A stretch of 64,000 nt of DNA. It comes from an uncultured Veillonella sp. (GTDB lineage Bacteria > Bacillota > Negativicutes > Veillonellales > Veillonellaceae). Both the position numbers and the translations under genes were made by a program. A model generated the notes under the pieces. The model was not told the DNA's origin. It searched no databases and saw only the letters and a list, made by a program, of their open reading frames with translations. Positions 39,103 through 48,931 of the stretch are shown piece after piece. The DNA lies in contig CAURQH010000008.1 of the NCBI GenBank assembly GCA_963526885.1, forward strand, positions 21,468 through 85,467. Reading direction: 5' to 3'. Each line of letters opens with the position of its first letter. Positions within the stretch are counted from its first letter, which is position 1.

Positions 39103-39657
39103 ATGGATAAAAACAAAGTAGAGCAGGCGGTAAGAGATTTACTTATTGGCCTAGGTGCTGATATTCATTCAGAGGGACTTAAAGATACTCCAATGAGAGT
39201 AGCTAAAATGTATGATGAAGTATTAGAGGGAATGAACTATTCAAATGAAGAAATAGCGAAGATGTTTGGCAAGTCATTTGAAGTGGATACAAGCGGACTG
39301 GTAGCAGTAAAAGGGATTCAGTCTTTTTCTTACTGTGAACATCACTTAGCATTAATGTATGACATGACTATTGATATTGGTTATATTCCTAATGGTAAAG
39401 TGTTAGGCTTATCAAAGTTACCAAGAATTGCGGAAATGTGTTGTAAACGGTTACAGTTACAGGAACGAATTGGCGAAGATATTGCGGAGGTTATTAAATT
39501 AACGACAGGAACAAATGATGTAATTGTTGTGATTAAAGCAAACCACTCATGTATGACTAGCCGAGGCATTAAAGCAAGAGAAAGCAAAACAACAACGATT
39601 ACAAAATATGGAAAGTTCAATCAAGCTGATACATTTAATGAGTTCATGAGAGGTTGA
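39103..39657 (+). CDS. folE: GTP cyclohydrolase I
   Basis: DTPMRVAK, CEHH, GLSKL.R, RLQLQER, HSCM..RG. Confidence 0.95.
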   Translation: MDKNKVEQAVRDLLIGLGADIHSEGLKDTPMRVAKMYDEVLEGMNYSNEEIAKMFGKSFEVDTSGLVAVKGIQSFSYCEHHLALMYDMTIDIGYIPNGKVLGLSKLPRIAEMCCKRLQLQERIGEDIAEVIKLTTGTNDVIVVIKANHSCMTSRGIKARESKTTTITKYGKFNQADTFNEFMRG

Positions 39658-39658
39658 T

Positions 39659-40030
39659 ATGGCAAGAACAGGGAGACCTACAATTAAAATTGATAAAGAT
39701 AACTTTGAAAAGTTATGCGGATTGCAGTGTACCCTTGTAGAGATTGCTGGCTTCTTTAATTGTAGTGAGGATACTATTCAAAGATGGTGTCGTCGAACGT
39801 ATAAAATGACTTTTGCGGAGACATATAAAACGCATTCACAGCAAGGCAAAATTGCACTACGCCGTTATCAAATGAAGTTGGCGGAAAAAAGTGCTGCCAT
39901 GGCGATATTCTTAGGCAAACAGCTATTAGGACAACGAGATTATAGCGAGGTCGAGGTAAAGGCTGACATCAACAACCCATTTGATGGGGTGAGTACCGAG
40001 GATATTAAGAAGTTGATAGGCGATGAATAA
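39659..40030 (+). CDS. terS: Terminase small subunit (HTH type)
   Basis: GRP N-terminus, HTH, MAIFLGKQ.LGQRD; precedes terL. Confidence 0.75.
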   Translation: MARTGRPTIKIDKDNFEKLCGLQCTLVEIAGFFNCSEDTIQRWCRRTYKMTFAETYKTHSQQGKIALRRYQMKLAEKSAAMAIFLGKQLLGQRDYSEVEVKADINNPFDGVSTEDIKKLIGDE

Positions 40031-41411
40031 GGCGAATATATTACATCAAGCACGTTTAGAATTGGCTAGACGTGATTTCTTTTATTTCTGCAACCTTATG
40101 GCAGGCGACTTTTACAAAAAAGATAGACAGTACCTTGTGGATCTATGCCACGAGTTACAACAGTTCTATGAAGATAAGCAAGCAAAAGTATTAATCATGA
40201 ATATGCCTCCCCGTCATGGAAAAAGTCGGAGTGCTCAGATGTTGGTTAAGTGGATACTAGGAACACATCCGCACGAAAAGATTATGACAGGGAGTTACAA
40301 TACCACCCTATCGACAACTTTTGCGAAGAATGTTAGAAATGACATTCAGATGATTAAGGCAGACAAAGATGTAATCGTATACAGTGATATCTTCCCCAAT
40401 ACACGCATTAAACGTGGTGATGGCAGTATGGACATGTGGAGCCTAGAGGGCGGTTATAATAGTTACCTCGCAACATCTCCGAGTGGTACTGCTACAGGGT
40501 TCGGTGCTAGTCTGCTGATACTAGATGACATCATAAAGAACGCAGAAGAAGCGTACAATGAAAATGTAAAGGCTAAGCATTGGGATTGGTTCACTAATAC
40601 GATGTTATCTCGGTTAGAAGAGGGCGGTAAAATCATTATCATCATGACACGATGGGCGAGCGATGACTTAGCAGGGCGAGCGATGGAACACTTTGGAGAA
40701 CGCGCCAAGGTGATTACGATGAAAGCCTTGCAGGACGATGGCACGATGTTATGTGATGAAGTATTAAGCCGTGAATCGTATCGAGATAAGGTGTCGGCTA
40801 TGGGTGAAGATATAGCCAGTGCGAACTATCAACAGATACCTATCGACCTCAAGGGGTGCTTGTATAGTGGGTTTAAAACATACGATACATTACCACCATT
40901 TGAGAGCATTAAAAGTTATACTGATACCGCAGACCAAGGGGCGGATTACTTATGTAGTATCACTTATGGCGTGTATAAGAATGAGGGATACATACTTGAT
41001 GTGATTTATACCAAAGAATCGATGGAGATTACCGAGCCACAGGTGGCAATGACAATCTACGAGTACAATGTAGCGATAGCTGATATCGAAAGCAATGGCG
41101 GTGGTCGTGGATTTTCTAGAAGCATAAGGCGAATATTGGAGAAAGAATACAACAGTAATCGTACAAAGATAGTTGCCTTTCATCAATCGAAGAATAAAGA
41201 AAGTAGAATCCTATCACAGGCTACATGGGTTATGGATCACATCTACATGCCTACAGATTGGCAAGAGAGATGGAAAGACTTTGCGAAAGCGATATTGCGA
41301 TTTCAACGAGAGGGCAAGAACGAAAATGATGACGCACCAGACGCATTGACAGGGGTTGCGGAGAAAATCAACGCACCTACATTGCGTAGTGGTCGAGTGA
41401 ACTTATATTAA
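40023..41411 (+). CDS. terL: Terminase large subunit
   Basis: MPPRHGKS, LILDD, IMTRW, YQQ.P, DDAPDAL. Confidence 0.95.
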   Translation: MNKANILHQARLELARRDFFYFCNLMAGDFYKKDRQYLVDLCHELQQFYEDKQAKVLIMNMPPRHGKSRSAQMLVKWILGTHPHEKIMTGSYNTTLSTTFAKNVRNDIQMIKADKDVIVYSDIFPNTRIKRGDGSMDMWSLEGGYNSYLATSPSGTATGFGASLLILDDIIKNAEEAYNENVKAKHWDWFTNTMLSRLEEGGKIIIIMTRWASDDLAGRAMEHFGERAKVITMKALQDDGTMLCDEVLSRESYRDKVSAMGEDIASANYQQIPIDLKGCLYSGFKTYDTLPPFESIKSYTDTADQGADYLCSITYGVYKNEGYILDVIYTKESMEITEPQVAMTIYEYNVAIADIESNGGGRGFSRSIRRILEKEYNSNRTKIVAFHQSKNKESRILSQATWVMDHIYMPTDWQERWKDFAKAILRFQREGKNENDDAPDALTGVAEKINAPTLRSGRVNLY

Positions 41412-41422
41412 GGGGTGAGACA

Positions 41423-42868
41423 ATGGCAGATAGAGTAAACGAGCAATCAGTTAAAATAGATGAATATACACTACTCCGAGATGCCTATCATGGGAATGGT
41501 ATATTCAGCTATGGCAAAGGCATACAACAGCATGCAAGGGAGAGTATAGATAATTATATTAAACGTCAATCTTTGGCGTATTATTGGAATTATACAAGAC
41601 CAGTTGTCGATGCTACTGTAGACCCGATATTCAAGGATGAAATCAAACGAGAGTACAAGGATAATGTGTTATTCAATTTATTCTTAGAGAATGCAGACCA
41701 TGCAGGAACACGGTTACAGGAGTATATGAGACGTGTTGCGGTTATGGCTAAGCTGTATGGCGTTGTGTATGTGTTAGTGAATAACACAGAGGATGTGGCT
41801 ACGACCTTACAAGGGAATATTGTAAATGAGAACTATCCATTCGTTACAGAGATATTACCTAATGATGTGATGTCATGGAAGTTGGATGAGAACGGATTAA
41901 TCATTGAATTTGTGTTCCGACAAGTCGGAGAGTTTACAGAGGCGGGTAAACAGTACATCTACCATAGATGGGATAGAGAAACATGGTCAACCCATAAGAC
42001 GGAAACCATGAATAATGACGATGTGATACATCAAGGCGTGCATGGGTTAGGTGTAGTACCTATCGTGCAGTGGTTCGGACGTGCTACACCTCCGAATGTG
42101 ATGAAACCTCCGAGCGAGTTCATTAGCATTGCACAAACGAATTATTCACTCTATCAATTGTGCTCATGGCATACGCAATTACTAGTAGACCAAGCATTTA
42201 GTATTCTGACATTCCCCGATGATGGGAATATGACGGATAATTTGACGATAGGTACAGATAATTTATTGGCATATCCTGCTGAGAGTTCAAAAGCACCTGC
42301 TTTTATTTCTCCTGATGCCTCACCTGCTAATATGCTAACTGACCAAATGGATAGACATATTCAAGAAATTTATCGAATGAGTGGCATGGATAGTGTGGTG
42401 GGGGTTCAGACCGCAAAAAGTGGTGTTGCTAAACAGTGGGATTTTCAACGAATCAACCAACGATTGGCAGACTTTGCCGTACAATGTGAGAGTGCTGAAC
42501 GCAAGATAGTGCAATTATTTGAACTATGGACTGGTGAGACAACTGATTTCACATGTGAGTATCCGAGAGATTTTAGCATTAATGATGTTACTGAATCACT
42601 AGGACAGGCACAATCTGCTATCGATTTGAACCTTGGATCCAATGCTTTTACTGTAGAAGTTGCCAAGAAAGTATTAGAAGCATATATGCCTAATATTGAA
42701 CCCGATATATACGATACAATCGTGAAAGAGGTTGAGGAAACTACGGCACAAGCTAAGCAAGACAAAGAGTACAATACATTGTTAAGTCATGCGAGCATGG
42801 CACAAGCATTAGGCGGAGATGACGAGGGCGATGGACAAGACGAGTCAGAAAATAGACACCTTAATTAG
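41423..42868 (+). CDS. Portal protein
   Basis: Position after terL; NY..PVVD, HGLGVVPIV, SGVAK motifs. Confidence 0.88.
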   Translation: MADRVNEQSVKIDEYTLLRDAYHGNGIFSYGKGIQQHARESIDNYIKRQSLAYYWNYTRPVVDATVDPIFKDEIKREYKDNVLFNLFLENADHAGTRLQEYMRRVAVMAKLYGVVYVLVNNTEDVATTLQGNIVNENYPFVTEILPNDVMSWKLDENGLIIEFVFRQVGEFTEAGKQYIYHRWDRETWSTHKTETMNNDDVIHQGVHGLGVVPIVQWFGRATPPNVMKPPSEFISIAQTNYSLYQLCSWHTQLLVDQAFSILTFPDDGNMTDNLTIGTDNLLAYPAESSKAPAFISPDASPANMLTDQMDRHIQEIYRMSGMDSVVGVQTAKSGVAKQWDFQRINQRLADFAVQCESAERKIVQLFELWTGETTDFTCEYPRDFSINDVTESLGQAQSAIDLNLGSNAFTVEVAKKVLEAYMPNIEPDIYDTIVKEVEETTAQAKQDKEYNTLLSHASMAQALGGDDEGDGQDESENRHLN

Positions 42869-44573
42869 TGGGTTCAAGAGCGTTGTTGCGTATCTGCTGA
42901 CACAAGGATTCGATGTGAATAGTGCGATAGACGAGGCATACAAGCTATATCCAGTTATGGATGGCATGAAAGAGTCAATCGTTGATGATATGGTGAAAGC
43001 TTTTACAAGTGGTTATGTCAACGCAGGTGTGGCGGTAGGAGTCGATACTGGTAGCATTCCATATACTAGTGAATCCATATCTACCGCTATGCAAAAGGCG
43101 TGGGCGAAAGATAATTTGAACCTATCTACACGGCTACACTCAAGAGGTAGTGCCGTAAGAAAAGAGGTAGGGGATATACTCAAGGTTACTATTGGCAAGG
43201 GTAACACTAACAAGAAGATAGCTAGCGAATTATTCAACCGAGGTGTGATTGATACGGCTGACTTGCCACAATTCATGGAGCAAGTAGCAAAACTCCCTAT
43301 AGATACTAGTGCAGAGGAAAAACGAAAGCTATTACGCAAAGTACAAAGGCAAGTAAGCAAGCGAACAACCGCAGGATTGAGAGCAGGATATAGCGAAGTC
43401 ATTAAGGCGGTAGAGAGTGACAATGAAAACAAGCTAGCGAAAGCTATTGAGGTTGCCACGGAAGAAAAGACACGATACCATGCTGAGAGGATAGCACGTA
43501 CAGAGACCGCAAGGGCGTATGCAGATGGTCGAGTATCTAGGTACAAAGATGATGATGACATAGTGGCGTTTCAATGGAAATTAGGCACTAGGCATCCAGT
43601 ATTTGATATTTGCGACTTTTACGCAAATGCAGACCTCTATGGGATGGGTAAGGGTGTATTCCCTAAAGACAAAGTACCAACGTTGCCAGCACATCCGCAT
43701 TGTATGTGTAGGCTTAAGCCTATCGTTGATGGCATGATTGATAACTCTACACCTAAGGAGAATATCAATGATGGTGGTATGGATCTAATCAAAAGCTTAT
43801 CAGTAAAAGAACAAGAACGGCTATTAGGTGTACATGGTCGAGTAGCAGTACTTGATGGCAAGGCACGATGGCAAGACCACCTACGAGGGTGGGATGCTAA
43901 AGATGTATTTAAGGTTAGAAACCCAAACGAGGATATATTAGAACAAAATATCTCTAAAAATGATAGGCGCAATTTTAAACCACCTAAAAAAATTACTGTT
44001 AACCCAGAGTTTTTAGTAGACAGAAGAGAGATAAATTCAAAAAGGTATCTTGATAGAATAAATAAATTACCTTACACATATGAAACTAAAAAAGCTGTAA
44101 TTGGTGAATTGTTAAATTGTTTAGAGAAAACAAACGGAAAGAATCAAGAACGAATTGCTATTATTGACAAAAACAACAGCAAAACTTTATATCAAAAGTT
44201 AGGCAAAGAAAATGAAAATCGTGTGACTATCCCCAAAAAAATATGGGACAAAAGAAATAATAATTCATTAATAGTGATTCATAATCATCCTAATAACACT
44301 GGTTTTTCTAGACAAGATGTAAATGTATTAATTTCTAATAAAGCGATACATAGTGGAGTGGTAGGAACCGGTAGCGGGGATATTTATTTTTTAGGCAACT
44401 TCAAAGGTGATAGAAAAAAGCTTGCCTTAACTTATGATAGTTTATATAATAAATACATCAGTAAATATATAGATGATACACCATCTAGAATTTGCCAAAT
44501 GGTATTAGAAATTATGCATAAGCGGGGTGTGCTAACGTATGTTGCAAGAAAAGCTGAATCACGAACTTTATGA
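42831..44573 (+). CDS. MuF-like minor head protein with JAB/MPN-like C-terminal extension
   Basis: RIARTE...C...PAHPHCMC MuF motif; C-terminal E...HNHP...FS..D. Confidence 0.82.
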   Translation: MDKTSQKIDTLISGFKSVVAYLLTQGFDVNSAIDEAYKLYPVMDGMKESIVDDMVKAFTSGYVNAGVAVGVDTGSIPYTSESISTAMQKAWAKDNLNLSTRLHSRGSAVRKEVGDILKVTIGKGNTNKKIASELFNRGVIDTADLPQFMEQVAKLPIDTSAEEKRKLLRKVQRQVSKRTTAGLRAGYSEVIKAVESDNENKLAKAIEVATEEKTRYHAERIARTETARAYADGRVSRYKDDDDIVAFQWKLGTRHPVFDICDFYANADLYGMGKGVFPKDKVPTLPAHPHCMCRLKPIVDGMIDNSTPKENINDGGMDLIKSLSVKEQERLLGVHGRVAVLDGKARWQDHLRGWDAKDVFKVRNPNEDILEQNISKNDRRNFKPPKKITVNPEFLVDRREINSKRYLDRINKLPYTYETKKAVIGELLNCLEKTNGKNQERIAIIDKNNSKTLYQKLGKENENRVTIPKKIWDKRNNNSLIVIHNHPNNTGFSRQDVNVLISNKAIHSGVVGTGSGDIYFLGNFKGDRKKLALTYDSLYNKYISKYIDDTPSRICQMVLEIMHKRGVLTYVARKAESRTL

Positions 44574-44730
44574 TATTTTGGACGATTGGGAAAATGATTC
44601 GACACCATTTTATACATTAGAAACAGTTCATTTGTACCACAAAGGGATTGAGGAACTACGAAAACGTGTTGATGCAGATGAAGAGTTAAAAGAATACACA
44701 GAAAACTTATTCAAAAGTTTGGGATACTAA
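44539..44730 (+). CDS. Small acidic protein (candidate immunity protein)
   Basis: Overlaps the MuF 3' end; terminator 44729-44758. Confidence 0.6.
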   Translation: MLQEKLNHELYDILDDWENDSTPFYTLETVHLYHKGIEELRKRVDADEELKEYTENLFKSLGY

Positions 44731-44780
44731 CCACTTACATAGGTAGGTGGTTTTTTCATGCGTAATTTTAAGGAGGAACA

Positions 44781-44960
44781 ATGACAAGATTATTACTTGC
44801 ACAAATACTGTTCATATGTTTACAAAACGGTGGATATACAGAAATGCCATATTATATATTGTTTGCACCGCTCTATATAGGGTTAGCGATTGGAGTATTT
44901 GCGTTGATATGCGTGGTGTGTGGTGTAGTGTGTAAAATAGTGAATGAGGTTAAGAAATGA
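44781..44960 (+). CDS. Small membrane protein (59 aa, not in ORF track)
   Basis: AGGAGG RBS; MTRLLLAQILFICL...LAIGVFALICVVCGVVCKIV. Confidence 0.6.
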   Translation: MTRLLLAQILFICLQNGGYTEMPYYILFAPLYIGLAIGVFALICVVCGVVCKIVNEVKK

Positions 44961-45142
44961 TGGGATACATTGCATTCATGCTATATATCACATGGGGTGT
45001 AGCATTGATAGCCTTATTGTTGTTGCTATATGCTTGTGTTATTGAGTGGAAAGAAACACGAGCAGAGGTCAAGCAACGTCAAGAAGATTGTCGATACTCA
45101 CATGAACAGATAATCAACAAATTAAAAAAATATAATCGGTAA
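44957..45142 (+). CDS. Small membrane protein
   Basis: ATGA overlap; N-terminal TM segment. Confidence 0.6.
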   Translation: MMGYIAFMLYITWGVALIALLLLLYACVIEWKETRAEVKQRQEDCRYSHEQIINKLKKYNR

Positions 45143-45281
45143 TTAGCACTCTAGGCAATAGCCTATGGGTGCTTTTATATTGCCGTTTTGGTATTGTTAG
45201 GCGAAAAACAACAAGACACTAGGCGTGAGGTGTGGCTCACGAAAAACAAGCGAATCGTGAATTTTAGAAAGGAGTCAAGAC

Positions 45282-45899
45282 ATGACAAAAGAAGAATTGA
45301 AAGCACTAGGATTAACGGATGAACAAGTGGAGGCAGTGGTTGCAGATTATGGCAAGAATTACGTGAGTAAACCACAATTCAATGCTCAATTACAATCGTT
45401 GAAAGACGAAAAGAAGAAAGTCGAAGAATTAACGGAAATGCAGAACGATTTAAAAGTTAAATTAGATGGCTTTACATCCGCAGGTGCTACAAGTGGCGCA
45501 GATATCGACAAATTACAAAAGGATTTGAAGAAGTTGCAAGAACAGTACGAGAATGCGGAGAAAGCAAGACAGGAAGAATTGAACAAACGTGTGCAATCCG
45601 AGATTACAACGCAAGTAGTCGATGCCTTGAGTAAACATAACGCAGTGGATCCGAATACACTAGCTCAGTTATTAATTCCAAAAGTAACCGTAGGGGAAGA
45701 TGGGGCATATTCTTATATGGATGACAAAGGTAATGCACATTCTATCGCTGACGGTGCAAAAGCATGGCTTGACGGCAATGCGTGGGCCGTTAAAAGTACG
45801 CAAAAAGCAGGTAGTGGTCACAATCGAGGAAATAATGACGGTGGCCAACCTGTGACGTTAAGACAAGCCTTTGCAGAGGCAATGGGTTTGCAAGAGTAA
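45282..45899 (+). CDS. Capsid scaffolding protein (GP20-like)
   Basis: MTKEELKALGLTDEQ...YVSK.QFN, coiled coil, precedes the major capsid gene. Confidence 0.85.
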   Translation: MTKEELKALGLTDEQVEAVVADYGKNYVSKPQFNAQLQSLKDEKKKVEELTEMQNDLKVKLDGFTSAGATSGADIDKLQKDLKKLQEQYENAEKARQEELNKRVQSEITTQVVDALSKHNAVDPNTLAQLLIPKVTVGEDGAYSYMDDKGNAHSIADGAKAWLDGNAWAVKSTQKAGSGHNRGNNDGGQPVTLRQAFAEAMGLQE

Positions 45900-45919
45900 T
45901 TAATTAAAGGAGAACAAAC

Positions 45920-46879
45920 ATGGCAGTAACATTAGCTGAGGCAAAAAAGAATGTCCAAGACGCATTACAATTGGGCATTATTGATGAGTACAGAAAATCT
46001 AATTTTTTATGGGACGCATTAACGTTTGACGATGTGGTATCCCCTACTGGTGGTGGAGCGACATTGACGTATGCATACACACGATTATTAACGCAACCAA
46101 CGGCGTCTTTCCGTGAAATCAATCATGAGTACACACCGCAAGAAGTAGAACGTCAACGTTATACTACGGATTTAGCAGTATTCGGTGGAGCATTCGAAGT
46201 TGACCGTATTATTGCTAATATGGGCGGTATTCTTGATGAAGTGCAATTTCAAACGCAACAAAAAATTAAGGCAGCATCCGCATTATTTAATGACACAGTA
46301 ATCAATGGTGATTCTGCATTAGGTACACATGCGTTTGACGGCTTAGAGAAAGCATTGAAAGGATCTTCCACAGAAATCAATGCTACAGGGCAAGCTATTG
46401 ATTTATCTACAGCCGACAAAGTGACAGAGAATGCGGTTCAATTCTTGGATATGTTAGATGAGTTCTTATCTTCTTTAGATGGTCGCCCTGGTGCATTAAT
46501 GGGCAACTCTAAATTAATTAACAAAATTAAAGCAGTAGCACGTCGTACATCTATGTATACGCAAACTGCTGATGCATTTGGTCGCCAAGTATCTACATAT
46601 GATGGTATTCCGCTTGTAGACTTAGGAGCAAAAGCGGGTACTAATGATGATGTAGTCGCTACCAAAGCAGGAGATGGCACAACATCTTTATATGCGGTAC
46701 GTTTTGGCTTAGATGGATTCCATGCTATCTCTATGGCAGGCCAAGCACCCGTTAAAGTGTTCGCACCAGACTTCAAAACAGCAGGGGCGGTAAAACGTGG
46801 CGAGGTTGAGATGGTTGCAGGGGTTGTATTGAAAGCTACAAAATCTGCTGGTGTGTTACGTAACATCAAAGTTAAGTAG
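45920..46879 (+). CDS. Major capsid protein
   Basis: MAVTLAEAK, FREIN..Y, GG.FEVDR, FDGL, YDGIP. Confidence 0.9.
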   Translation: MAVTLAEAKKNVQDALQLGIIDEYRKSNFLWDALTFDDVVSPTGGGATLTYAYTRLLTQPTASFREINHEYTPQEVERQRYTTDLAVFGGAFEVDRIIANMGGILDEVQFQTQQKIKAASALFNDTVINGDSALGTHAFDGLEKALKGSSTEINATGQAIDLSTADKVTENAVQFLDMLDEFLSSLDGRPGALMGNSKLINKIKAVARRTSMYTQTADAFGRQVSTYDGIPLVDLGAKAGTNDDVVATKAGDGTTSLYAVRFGLDGFHAISMAGQAPVKVFAPDFKTAGAVKRGEVEMVAGVVLKATKSAGVLRNIKVK

Positions 46880-46889
46880 GAGGTAAACC

Positions 46890-47096
46890 ATGGCTAAAGT
46901 ATATGCACCACTAAAAGATTACAACGGCATTTCTGCGTCTGTAGAGTTTGTTAATGGCGTTGGTGAAACAGACAACAAAAACTTGTTAGAGTGGTTCGAG
47001 GAAAAAGGTTACACAGTAGAACGTGAAGAAAATCCAAAACGCGCGAAGAAAGGTGCGGAAGATGTAGTCGAAGAAGTAGCTGAGGACAATGAGTAA
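46890..47096 (+). CDS. Small head-associated protein
   Basis: AGGAGG RBS after the capsid gene. Confidence 0.7.
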   Translation: MAKVYAPLKDYNGISASVEFVNGVGETDNKNLLEWFEEKGYTVEREENPKRAKKGAEDVVEEVAEDNE

Positions 47097-47553
47097 CGGA
47101 AACGCAATATTTCAAAAACGGTTACGTCAAGCAATAAAGGCTAGTACAATCGAGGTACAAGATGAGGCACAAACCCATCATAGGTTTATCAGTCGTACAG
47201 GGCAATTAGAGCGTTCTATTGATGTAAAGTTTAATGAAAATAGCGGTATCGTTTATATTGATTCACAATCAGCACCGCACGGGCCGTTTGTCCATGAGGG
47301 AACATCTCCGCATGAGATATTTCCTAAAAACAAAAAAGCATTGAGATGGGTATCGCAAGGTGGCGGTACCTTTCAATTTGCAAGGGCAGTACATCATCCT
47401 GGCACTAAATCTGATCCATTCTTATTTAATGCGTTGAAGAATAAAAAGGATGATATACGCAATATCTTTGCGAAGTATACGAAAACTGCATTGAAAGAGG
47501 TAATCGAAGATGAACTCAAAGGAGAACAACACTACACCATTAACTTTAGATAA
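47089..47553 (+). CDS. HK97 gp10-like neck/tail completion protein
   Basis: RTGQLERSI, FVHEGT, HPGT...PFL..A. Confidence 0.8.
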   Translation: MSNGNAIFQKRLRQAIKASTIEVQDEAQTHHRFISRTGQLERSIDVKFNENSGIVYIDSQSAPHGPFVHEGTSPHEIFPKNKKALRWVSQGGGTFQFARAVHHPGTKSDPFLFNALKNKKDDIRNIFAKYTKTALKEVIEDELKGEQHYTINFR

Positions 47554-47935
47554 GGAAATATACGAAAGCATACGACTAGGCGATGAGTTAGTAGGGCGTG
47601 AAGTCTCCGAGGACATTATGACGAAAGCCTATGAGTGGTTAATCTATTTTGCGAGCAAATTAGGAGTAGAGCGAGAGGATATCGCCTACTCCTTTATTGT
47701 GCGTGAATTGTTGGCTATGTATGCGTATCGTGAGGTTTGCTTGAAGAAAGGATACGGAGCAATCGGAACACCGTACCGAGGTCAAAGTGGAGATGACCAT
47801 TACACGAACAAATCCAAAACATATGACGCACGCATTAAGCAGTTAGAGTCAAAACTCACTGCCGAAGATTTAACAGGCGATAATACAAGCGGAAAACGGT
47901 CAAATTACCGCACGATTCAACTATTTAGGGGGTAA
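47510..47935 (+). CDS. Putative head-tail connector
   Basis: Position and size. Confidence 0.6.
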   Translation: MNSKENNTTPLTLDKEIYESIRLGDELVGREVSEDIMTKAYEWLIYFASKLGVEREDIAYSFIVRELLAMYAYREVCLKKGYGAIGTPYRGQSGDDHYTNKSKTYDARIKQLESKLTAEDLTGDNTSGKRSNYRTIQLFRG

Positions 47936-47936
47936 C

Positions 47937-48404
47937 ATGTGGTACGAAACATTGAAAGCCCTTAAAGGGGCAATAAACGAGGTTAATTCAAATGTTGAAG
48001 TAAGCCTTGGAGCAATTCCACCGAAACATTTAGATGTGGGAATTGGTGGACATGTCGTCCTTATGCGTGGTGATGAGGCGTTGGGTAATGCTAAGGATAC
48101 CAAAACACTTGATGTGACGGTGTATTTAGAAGCATGGGTTCGTGAAGATAGTCCGAAGTTAGAATATGGTTATGCGAGTTTATCGGAGTTAGAAATAACG
48201 ATAGATAAGGCACTCACTTATTTACGGGAGCGAGTAACGAAACTAGATGAACACTATTGTGTGTTGGATGACAAATATCAATTGATGGATCTAGTCGTTG
48301 AAAGAAGAATTGGCGATGCTGACAGTATACGACCACATGTAGGCAGTCAATACACGATACGGTGCAAGCTATATTCATTAATTGATGATTTAGATATTTG
48401 GTAA
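47937..48404 (+). CDS. Putative tail terminator
   Basis: Position before the tail tube gene. Confidence 0.55.
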   Translation: MWYETLKALKGAINEVNSNVEVSLGAIPPKHLDVGIGGHVVLMRGDEALGNAKDTKTLDVTVYLEAWVREDSPKLEYGYASLSELEITIDKALTYLRERVTKLDEHYCVLDDKYQLMDLVVERRIGDADSIRPHVGSQYTIRCKLYSLIDDLDIW

Positions 48405-48423
48405 TTAAATAAAGGAGAATAAC

Positions 48424-48921
48424 ATGGCTGATGAAACAGTAACAGCAGTAACAGGAGTAACACCAAAGAAAAAAGCATTAGCACCTACTAAGGCACAAGT
48501 CATGCCAACGGTAGGTAAGAATTATTTTATTTATGTAAATACAGGCACTAATGAAACGACTGGGGCAGAATGGTTATTAGTTGGTGGCCAACGTGGTGGC
48601 ACATTGTCACGTAAGGCGGATTCTATTGACGCATCTCACAAAGGCAGTGGCGGTTGGAAATCCACATTGCAAGGTTTAAAAGAATGGTCAATTGATTTGG
48701 ATACATTAGTTATGCCAAACGATGAGGGATTGCAAGTAATCAATCAAGCATTCCTTGATGACCAACAAATCAATTTGAAGTTTGAGTATCCCGATAAGTC
48801 CTATGTGACTGGATGGGCGTCTATTACAGAATTATCCTTAGAGGCTCCACATGATGACGTGGCGACCTATAAAGGCTCATTGAATGGTGTGGGTCCATTA
48901 TCTGATTTGAAACAAGCATAG
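48424..48921 (+). CDS. Major tail tube protein (TP901-1 family)
   Basis: GGQR..TL.R....ID...K...GW...L.GLKEWS, APHDDVATY...L.G.G. Confidence 0.88.
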   Translation: MADETVTAVTGVTPKKKALAPTKAQVMPTVGKNYFIYVNTGTNETTGAEWLLVGGQRGGTLSRKADSIDASHKGSGGWKSTLQGLKEWSIDLDTLVMPNDEGLQVINQAFLDDQQINLKFEYPDKSYVTGWASITELSLEAPHDDVATYKGSLNGVGPLSDLKQA

Positions 48922-48931
48922 GAGAATTTGA

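Noticed and set aside
37438..39657. queCDE-folE as auxiliary genes for host tRNA queuosine or folate synthesis
   Set aside because: No queF, queA or tgt alongside; linkage to dpdA-like, ParB-N and terS favours DNA modification. A side contribution to the host preQ0 pool is not excluded
44747..44935. 62-aa ORF from the track
   Set aside because: Starts inside a terminator; the alternative frame 44781-44960 has an AGGAGG RBS and an ATGA overlap with the next gene
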